Of a stretch of DNA of 64,000 nt, positions 39,901 to 50,625 are shown in pieces. A program made the translations under genes and the position numbers. Origin of the DNA: Nemertoderma westbladi (lineage: Eukaryota; Animalia; Xenacoelomorpha); assembly GCA_032718475.1 (NCBI GenBank), contig JAUCBJ010001382.1, forward strand, positions 1 to 64,000. Reading direction: 5' to 3'. Every line of letters begins with the position of its first letter. The stretch's first letter is position 1. The notes below the pieces were generated by a model. The model saw nothing but the letters and a program-made list of their open reading frames with translations, ran no database searches and was not told where the DNA came from.

Positions 39901-42900
39901 CGGCCATTTCGCTATACCGAGCCTATAAGGACCTAGAGGCGCGGCGCGAAGCGGCACGGGACTCGAGTTCCTGGACCACGTTCACTTCGCTTCACCAGGA
40001 GAGGAAGCTCACGCCTGAGTATCCAGACGAGATTCGCGCCGTCCATCCGTCTACTAACCATACCCACGATCCGCGATTTATACGATATTCACTCCAAATT
40101 ATTTCGGGAAGTTTCGACGAACGCATTATTAAGCCCGAATATGTCCAATCCTTTATATATCATCGTCGCTCTGATATATACGTCTAGAATTATTACCCAG
40201 CGCACAATTGGCGGCCTAAGGAGACTCGTTTGGGGTCATTGACCTCTGAACGAGTGGAGGATCAGGACCGCCGCGCCCACAGAGACAACAGCCGGAGCTC
40301 ACAGCTCGCGGCAAGTACAAGAAGGAGGAGTCCTTGGCAAGCGTCAAGCCAAGGACGAGCAGCTCCATTCTATAGTTGAAGAAAGAGGAGTTGGCGGAGG
40401 CGCCCACAGGGACACGGCAAATGGGACGAGGCCGAGGGAGGAGCACCAGTCGGGAGATAGTCGGTGCCCAGGGAACGTCGTCGCCGGTTCCGGGAAGTGA
40501 CGCCTCAAGGACGCCGTCAACAGAGTCTACAGGGGGTAGACTGGTGTATCTGGAGAGGGGAGCGAGCCCGAGAGACCCAGGAGCTAGCCGATGAGACTAT
40601 AATATCACGGAGCGACAGACTCTAGACATATACATCATCGTCGCTCTGATGTATATCGTAGGTTTTGATCAATCATTCGACTGGACTCATATACACTAGT
40701 CGTATTCATATTTTAGAATTTTATTTTCGAAGGCGAAAAATATTGAAAGGAAATAATTTTATTTTATAGTCCGTTGGAAATATGATTTTGAGCCTATACT
40801 ATATTTGATTTTGTGTATATGACTTTATTTGCTCTAAAGTTTATTGAAAGAGGCAAAGGAAGTGATTGGGGAGACAAACCCGCGGGTTTGGCTTACTCCT
40901 TTCACTTACCTGAGCAATCATCAAACCAAGATGATTTGCGTTTTTTTTATAAGAAATTAAGTAAAGTCCGAAAATGAAAGAAATTATTACGTATTTTATA
41001 TTTAATTTGATTATCGGCCTTTAATGCAATTTAGTTAAAAATTTAGCCTCAAATACGTTTATATTTAGTTTATCTTGTTAATGTTGATCGTTAATTTGAG
41101 ATGGGAAATGGGGGACATTGTCCTAGCCATGTTCCATTTCAATATGTAGACCGTTAATTTGTAAATAAATAAAGGAAGTAATATTTTTGTAATTTTAATT
41201 TTGTATGTAGTAATCATTATGTAGTACGAACGAGAAACAATATTTTGTAAATTTAATTTGTATGTAATTCATTATGCAATATCTATAGCAATATTTGTAA
41301 ATAGTAGGACCTATAGTATTAAGTATTTAGATTGGTTGGAAGAAATTTATTTTGTTTTGTATACATCACCTTATACACTTCTACAATTGGAGGGAAACAT
41401 TGTATGATTTCCCTTGGAGCGGTGTTACGGTATATGGCGCTGTATCCATATTATTAGTCATCATGCAGTATGCAATATTAGTCCGTTATGCAGTATGCAA
41501 TATTAGTCTGTTATACTGTACGTAATATTAGTCCATTGTGCAGCATGATATTTTAGATAAGGCATAATAACGCAGTGGTATTTAGGTAGGGAAATCAAAA
41601 CGCCCATATATTTGAAACCATCCATTTTGTATAGTATGTAGCCCTACCTACGTAATTTTGTATTAGGATATATGTAGATAGTTCCAGGGTAGCGAGTTTA
41701 TTCGGACCCTGGATTTTGTGCTTGCTGATATTAGTTTGATAGGGCTAGCATATAGGGACGCCGTCCTGGCCATTCAGCAGCCAGGGACGTGAACCATTAC
41801 CATATATGGTAATAATTTGAGCAATAGGGCTACAATCCGGCCTCCTTATTGGATTAACTGCTTCCAGGTTGGTCTAATGCTAGCATGGACTGGAGAGCCA
41901 ATAGGAGAGCGATTGAGTCACCCTATTGCATCATCCCATCCGGATCACCTATAAATTGGCGGTGTGCCGGTAGAGCCTTACAACCTGTTATCAATCAATT
42001 CAACCTTCACTGCTGTTGTACTTGCTGAGCTGTCTCTATTCAATTTTGACGGATTTTAGAGTATTTTTGCAATTTGATTAATTTCTTGAAATGATTTGCT
42101 AGTGCGATTACTCTTGCTTGTGTTTCTCAATTAATTCCTTCGATTACTGCTAATTACAACTGAACTATGATTTCTACCTTTTGATTAATGGTTCTATGTG
42201 ATTCTTTTCTGCGCAATAATCCTAAGGGATTTCTGAGACTGTCAGACTTTGTGATTTGCATGCGCCGCTACGGTAGCTATTAGCATAATGGAGGGCTAAG
42301 GCGCCAGTGGGCGGTGGGCACATCGGGGGGTTGTGACGGGATCCGAGAGGATCCCGGTTTATCCGGTGTGTTTCGTACGCGTCCCCGCCCCGCCGTGTGA
42401 ATGGAAAAGGTAATAATAGTTCTAGTGTCGTTGTCGAACTCTGATAACGTTGAGATAATAAATGATGAGTGATACAGATAGCACAGTAGATAAAGCTAAT
42501 ATACCGGTAATATGGTGACGGTGGCGACGACGGTCTTAACAGTCACCGTACTGCCTTACTGTACTGGGATAGCTGACTGAGTAAACTGACTATAATGATT
42601 ACCGTACAGGTAATATATATTGCACGGGTTTGGCCGTTACAGTACTTAGTCGATGCTGTCCCCCCATTGGCTAATACCCCTGTTGGCACCCTTTGCCCCC
42701 CTCTGAAGTGCTTCCCTTCGCCCTTGCTGTTCTCTCTTGGTTAGGGGTTTGGCCCCTGACCCCTATTGTGTGTTTCTCCTTCCCTTCCCACTTTATTGGG
42801 GTAACACAAGGTTGATATTGGTAATCAACCTTGTGCTCCCAATATTGCCTTATGGCTCACCTTATGGGTTTGTGTTAGCGGAATTGGATAAGCTAACACT

Positions 42901-45900
42901 CCCCCCCATGCTATCTTCCCGGTGAGAAGATAGCATCCAACTCAAGTGCGCTACAATTCCGCTGGATCCCGATCTAGCATCGGGTGTGGGGTGGGTATAT
43001 TTTTTCGGAGTCGGCTTTCCAGGCCGCTCCCTATGGGTATGATGTCACTACCCTCTGGCGTCTCGTGTCGGGCCGATCGTGCGCTTCTCTCACACAATTT
43101 TTGTTTCCCCAACACTCTCACCACTCTACTCCAACTCTCGCATACCCCCGGACCTCCTCGTCCCACACTCTTCCTCTCACTTCTCCTCCCCCACACTTGA
43201 ATTGCGCCCACGCTCTCTTCGCACTCCGCACTATTACCTCTCCACTCTCTTGTCACTCCCTAAGGCTTTAATCTCTAATGCTACCCCTGTGCTATCATAC
43301 TATCTATCTACAGCTTACTAACTCTAACTATCTAACTAACTCTGCTAACTACTAACTCTTACTACTTCTAGCTCTAACTGAGAGCCTCTAACTTTCTACT
43401 GACTCTAACTCTCTACTAAGTCTAACTAACTCCTACTAACTTTCTACTTCTACTAACTCTACTTGACTCCTCTGAGTCTACCAACTCTGCTAACTAGCTC
43501 TACTAACTCTACTCCACTAGCTCTGCTAACTCTACTCCACTAGCTCTGCTAACTCTAAACTAGCTCTACTAACTCTACTCCACTCTTCTAACTACGTGGC
43601 GCTTGCGGTGCCCACAACCACTCTACTATATGGCACCCTATGCGCCCTCTCTGCTCTACTCTACTACCTGGCACCCTATGTGCCCGTCTCTACTCTTCTA
43701 CTATCTGGCACCCTATGTGCCCCCTCTGCTCTACTCTACTACCTGGCACCCTATGTGCCCTCTCTACTACACTACTACCTCTCTAACTTACTACCTGGCA
43801 CCCTATGTGCCCGTCTCTACTCTTCTACTCTCTGGCACCCTATGTGCCCGTCTCTACTCCTCTACATCCCCTTTACGTCTCATCGCCTACACGTGACGCT
43901 CTGAGTGCCGGCAGAGTGGGTACGTTAATTATGTGAACTACTACTGACTCTACTAACTCTCTTCTAACTCTACTAACTCTTTTTGTGCCCGGCACCTCTT
44001 GTGCACGGCACCTTCTAACTCTACTAACTCTCTACGTGGCGCTAACGGTGCCCACAACCACAACCGGTACTACGTACCCTCTTACTAACTCTACCTCTAT
44101 CTACGTGGCGCTAACGGTGCCCACAACCACAACCGGTACTACTACGTACCCTCTTACTAACCTCTAACTCCCACTAACTCTAATTAACATACCCTGCTCT
44201 TACATCACACACATCATCACGCCCGTGCCCCACTAAGTTCAGCGCATTCCCTACTAACTCTAACTACGTGGCGCTTACGGTGCCCACAACCCTCTACTGC
44301 TACTACTAACACCCCTAACTAGCGGTACTACGTACCCTCTTACTACTCTAGCTCTCTCTACTAGCTAGCGGTACTACGTACCCTCTTACTCTTACTAACT
44401 CTCTAACGGTACTACGTACCCCTTAACTCCTACTCTCTAATGGTACTGCGTACCCTCTAACTCTCTAACTATCGGTACTACCTACCCTCTAACTCTAACT
44501 CTAACTAGGCATTACGCACCCTCTAACTCTAACTCTGACTAGGTACCACGTACCTACTAACTCTAACTCTATCGGTACTACCTACCCTCTAACTCTAACT
44601 CTAACTAGGCATTACGCACCCTCTAACTCTAACTCTAACTAGGTACTACGTACCTACTAACTCTAACTAGGTACTACGTACCTACTAACTCTAACTACCG
44701 GTACTACGTACCCTACTAACTCTAACTCTAACTAGGTACTACGTACCTACTGACTCTAACTCCATCGGTACTACCTACCCTCTAACTCTAACTCTAACTA
44801 GGCATTACGTACCCTCTAACTCTAACTAGGTACTACGTACCTACTAACTCTAACTCTAACTAGGTACTACGTACCTACTAACTCTAACTAGGTACTACGT
44901 ACCTACTAACTCTAACTACCGGTACTACGTACCCTCTAACTCTAACTCTAACTAGGTACTACGTACCTACTAACTCTAACTCTATCGGTACTACCTACCC
45001 TCTAACTCTAACTCTAACTAGGCATTACGAACCCTCTAACTCTAACTAACTAGCGGTACTTACGTACCCTCTAACTCTCTTCTACTAACGGTACTACACG
45101 TACCCTCCTACTAACTCTTCTACTAACGGTACTACACGTACCCTCCTACTAACTCTAACTAACTCCTCTAACTCTAACTAGGTACTACGTACCTACTAAC
45201 TCTAACTCTAACTAGGTACTACGTACCTACTAACTCTAACTAGGTACTACGTACCTACTAACTCTAACTACCGGTACTACGTACCCTCTAACTCTAACTC
45301 TAACTAGGTACTACGTACCTACTAACTCTAACTCTATCGGTACTACCTACCCTCTAACTCTAACTCTAACTAGGCATTACGTACCCTCTAACTCTAACTA
45401 ACTAGCGGTACTTACGTACCCTCTAACTCTCTTCTACTAACGGTACTACACGTACCCTCCTACTAACTCTTCTACTAACGGTACTACACGTACCCTCCTA
45501 CTAACTCTAACTAACTCTAGGTACTACGTACCTACTAACTCTAACTAACTCTAGGTACTACGTACCTACTAACTCTCTAACTCTAGGTACTACGTACCTA
45601 CTAACTCTAACTCTGATTAGGTACTACGTACCTACTAACTCTAACTAACTCTAGGTACTACGTACCTACTAACTCTAACTCTGATTAGGTACTACGTACC
45701 TACTAACTCTAACTAACTCTAGGTACTACGTACCTACTAACTCTCTAACTCTAGGTACTACGTACCTACTAACTCTAACTCTGATTAGGTACTACGTACC
45801 TACTAACTCTCTAACTAGCGGTACTTACGTACCCTCTTTAACTAACTAACTAACTGACTAACTAACTAACTCTTACTACCTAACTTCTACCTACTCTATT

Positions 45901-48900
45901 ATTTAATTATTTTCTTAATTTTAATTAAATAATTATTTTATATTTTGTGCGTGGGAAGGGCGTCTCGCCCTCATTCCCACCCCCCTCAGTCCAAAACTTT
46001 GGACGACTAAAAACTCTCACGTGCCCCTTCTTCCGGTAGGCACTCTCCTGCTGCCCTCCTATACGTCCTCTAGCTCTTCGCCACACTCTCTTCGGTGCCA
46101 CCTTTACTGGCCTCCCCCTTCGTATGTGCGCTGGCATTAGAGCCCTCGACGACCCCCGCTCGTCCCTCGGTATACGCGGTGTCTGCCCGTGCAATGCCCC
46201 CTCGCACTGTGTCCGTCCTGCGTGTGTATGCAACACGCCTCCTCCTACTTTCCCGACTCCCTTATGTTTGCTAATGGGCTTCTCTGCCCCTGGTTTAGTC
46301 CTTTCATATCCTCTCCCTTTCCAACACTCTCCGGATCTGTGTCCTTTTACCACACATCGATGACATAGTCCGTTTGCGTCTGTGTAGGCTACACGATCTC
46401 GTTTGGGCAACGCTTGCCAATACTTGCAACTCCTGGTCTTATGGGTTCCGTCCCGATGTAATTGACATTGGAATCCTGGATTATAGCGTTTCCTGTATAG
46501 TCCTTCACGTATCGCGCTTAGGTTTATATGTACCGATTTAATGTTTTGGTTGTCTAGACTCGGCCTACTGGGTGTATTGGGATTGTGTTTATTATATATG
46601 GTGTTATTTTCTTTCTGTCCCTGCCACGGTGTGGCCCTACTACCAGCTAACTGTGGACTGGTAGTCCCCTGTATGGCCGCGTGTGGTGGTGACTGTCCGC
46701 ACGACCTGCTCTCGTCCAGGGAGTTCGATGTTCTCGCTCCTATCGGGGTACATTGTCGATATTGTGATGGGGGAATGTCACCCTGTCCCCCCCCAGCCGG
46801 TATGTTTGGTACTGGGGTTGATGTTAATACATTGGGGCCCATACGTCTATCTCCAATAACTCCCCCCTCCCCTGGATATATGTTATGTCCCTGTGTATTA
46901 TAGTCATGCTGCTGTACCGATATAGGCCTACCTACCTCTCGCCTACCTACCGGTATGTACTCCGCGACTTCCGGGTTTAATTCCGTCGTTCGCGCTACCC
47001 CATCGCCTACTCTATCAATCCCAGCATGGCCTATAATAGTATGTGCAGTAAGGCCTACAGTATGTCCTGCAGTCTGCATGTGCCCTTCCGAACCGAAGTT
47101 TATTCTTCGCGAATCTCGAATCTCCCCGCGACTACCGTACTCTCGATCGGCAGCTACATCCCGTCGGGAAGCTTCTCTTCGATCCCCTATCCTGCTCTCG
47201 TCTTCGTATTGGTACCTCCTGTACCCCTCTCTTGGCGTGCGGTGCGTTTCTCCGGGGCGACGGCAATCTCCCGAAGTTCGACCCCACTGGCTCCCTGACT
47301 CCATCTCTACTATCGACGGTTCGTTATCCGTCCTCGCACTCCTATCATTCGTGGCGACACTTCTTCTACTATCTTCTCTTCTTCTCTTTTCTGTGTAGTA
47401 TTCCGGCTCGTGAGGTCTCTCGTCGACCTCCCGGTTAAACTCCACTCTTCTTCCTCCCTCTTCTAATCGGGCTCGACGCTTCGTCTGCCCTCTCGCGACG
47501 TCAACCTGCCTCTCTCTACTCGATCGCACGCCGCTGGGGATACTCGCAATCCCCCTATTACTCTCCGTCGCCGGTTGTTGCGGTTTACCTGATTCGGCCC
47601 GCGCATTATCCGCTGACGGCTGTGGGACACTCTCTGCCCCCCCTCTCTCTCTACTAATCTCTCGCGGTGGGGTGCCCGTAGCCCCCCCCCACCCGCCACT
47701 TCTAACTTCACTATTTCTTACTACACTTCTATACCCCTCTTGTGGGGCATTCTCTGCCCCCCCTCTCTCGCCACTAATCTTATGTGGTGGGGCGCCCGTA
47801 GCCCCCCCCCACCCGCCACATCTAACTTCAATATCTCTTACTTCGTCTCTACACCCCTCTCTAGTCGACGCACTGTCTCTACTACGGCTGGGTCTATTCA
47901 CCCCCGCCTCTCTCTCTACTACTGCGTGGCCCATCAGGCCCACTTCGGGTTGGCTCAACCCCGCTACCTCCTGCCTACCAACTACGTGGCCTACCAGGCC
48001 GCCGTCGGGTTGGCTCAACCCTGCCACTTCCTGCCTACTAACTACGTGGCCTACCAGGCCGCCGTCTGCCGGGTTATGTACGTCCGACACGCTCACATTA
48101 ATAGCACCATTCCCAATATTATTTTTTAAATCAATTAAATTATTAGAATTTGAAACGGGATTATTGTTTAAATTATTTAAATTACTTAGATCACTACTAT
48201 TCTCTAAACTTAAATTATTATCCGAATTATTTTGCGGGTTTGAATTGAAATTATTATTTAGAATATTTGTATTTAAATTTAAATTACTACTACCCGGTAA
48301 AATATTATTTCCTGTAATAAAGGGATTAGGGTTATCTACTACGGTACTATTAATATTAACTATCTCTAACGTACTACTACTACCCCCCCCCGCCCGTACG
48401 GCTACACCAGTTCTGGCTCTCTCGCCCGGTGCCTGTAAGTGGGGTCTCACTCTCTGATATCTCCAACCGCGCCAGTTCTAGTCGGCGCTGTTTAAGTTTG
48501 GCTTGATATTGCGCAAGCCTCCCTAGCTGAGCACGCAAATCATCCCGCCTGCGCTTACACTCTATCCCTCTCTGTCGCATATCCTGCTCGGCCAACTCTG
48601 CCTCTCTCGCAAGCATCTCAAGCCGCCTCGCCGGCTCGCTCTCTACTCCCATCTCTCGCTCTCTACACTCCTTGGCTCCCTCTCTACACTTCTCGGCCCT
48701 CTCTCTATACTCCCTCTCCAACTCTCCTATCTTCTCTGAGAATGCGGTTCCCTCTCTCAATCGTCTCTCTAACTCATTCTGCTCTGTCGCAACCATTTCT
48801 AATCTATACGCCATGCGTTCACTCTCTCGCACCCTTCTTTCTTTTGCGGAGGATGTAGCAGACTTATCGGTTGCGACGGACTCCTGCCGCTCCTCCGTCC

Positions 48901-50594
48901 TACTAACTTTCCCCCGCCTCCCGGAACTTCCTCCGACCGACGAGACCGAATCCTCGGGTTTAACCTCGGATTCGCCCTCCCCAGGTCTCTTCCAACCCAC
49001 TAATTTTACTCCCCGGGCATCGACTAAGTATGGCCCTACGTACACTACGCTAGGTTCCATACCCCCACATTCCCATAGTTTAAACAGTTCGAAGGCAACT
49101 CCCCACGCCCTCAACTCTGCTAGTTCTCTCTGCCCAGAACACACTAGGTGATCAAAGTATCTGTTCGACTCACCTAGTCCCTTTGTCATCCTGACCTCGT
49201 CTATCCTCGCCCCCTCCTTGGCCTCCTTTAGTAGTTCCCGGGTCGCGTTGTAGGCCCGTCGAAGTCGATCAGAAACCCCGACGTCCTCGTCGCCGACCTC
49301 TCGTCCGTCTCTCCGGGTCCGACGTCGTACCGGCGGCCCCACCGTCGCCGTTCCGGTGGACCGTTCGTCGTCCTCGGCCTGTGGCGGACCGGCGACATCG
49401 GTTCGTCGACCCTCGCTCCGCGTCGACTCGTCTTTCTCTTCTCCTCCCGACTCGTCTCCTCTACTCGACTCGCTCTCTCCTGGTAGACGACCCCCCACAC
49501 CTTGGTTCGCCGTGTTGCTCGTTATCGACGTGGCGTCAACGTGCGTCGACGTGGTCGGCGTAGCATCGACCGGCGTCGTGGGTTCGTATCGTCTCGCCGT
49601 GGCCTCGCGGATCGTTAGATCGTCGTCCGGGGTCCGCGGCGGTGTCGTTCCTCTCTCTCGGCTCATCTTCGTCTTTGGTAGCCGTCAGTCACAGCTCGGC
49701 AGGCCTAGTGTTAAGACTGTGACGGGCAGTTACAGTTCAGGCAATTCTCAGATGTTAAGACTGTGACGGGCAGTTACAGTTCAGGCAATTCTCAGATGTT
49801 AAGACTGTGACGGGATCCGAGAGGATCCCGGTTTATCCGGTGTGTTTCGTACGCGTCCCCGCCCCGCCGTGTGAATGGAAAAGGTAATAATAGTTCTAGT
49901 GTCGTTGTCGAACTCTGATAACGTTGAGATAATAAATGATGAGTGATACAGATAGCACAGTAGATAAAGCTAATATACCGGTAATATGGTGACGGTGGCG
50001 ACGACGGTCTTAACAGTCACCGTACTGCCTTACTGTACTGGGATAGCTGACTGAGTAAACTGACTATAATGATTACCGTACAGGTAATATATATTGCACG
50101 GGTTTGGCCGTTACAGTACTTAGTCGATGCTGTCCCCCCATTGGCTAATACCCCTGTTGGCACCCTTTGCCCCCCTCTGAAGTGCTTCCCTTCGCCCTTG
50201 CTGTTCTCTCTTGGTTAGGGGTTTGGCCCCTGACCCCTATTGTGTGTTTCTCCTTCCCTTCCCACTTTATTGGGGTAACACAAGGTTGATATTGGTAATC
50301 AACCTTGTGCTCCCAATATTGCCTTATGGCTCACCTTATGGGTTTGTGTTAGCGGAATTGGATAAGCTAACAGGGGTTGAGCGACTAAGGGAGAGCGGAG
50401 GATTCAAAAGCGGGCAACGCTGGCGGGGGTCAACGTTGCGGTCGGGCAGTTTGGACTGTGGGTTGGAGACCGCTCGCCGGTACAGTAATTAGGGGGCTGA
50501 TGATCCAAGGTTTTGTCTCTATTTAGTATTAGGGGGCAGGAATTGGGTTAGTTAGGAAGCCTAGATGTACCCGGGAGGGGCCTGCATACCTTAC

Positions 50595-50625
<31 letters not shown>

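Larger units (their letters stand above)
42332..50372 (-). mobile_element. Non-autonomous, gag-only BEL-like LTR element
   Basis: 567-bp LTRs at 42332-42898 and 49806-50372 (apparently identical), 5-bp TSD ggggt, PPT gggggggag at 42899-42907, no pol motifs. Confidence 0.92.
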
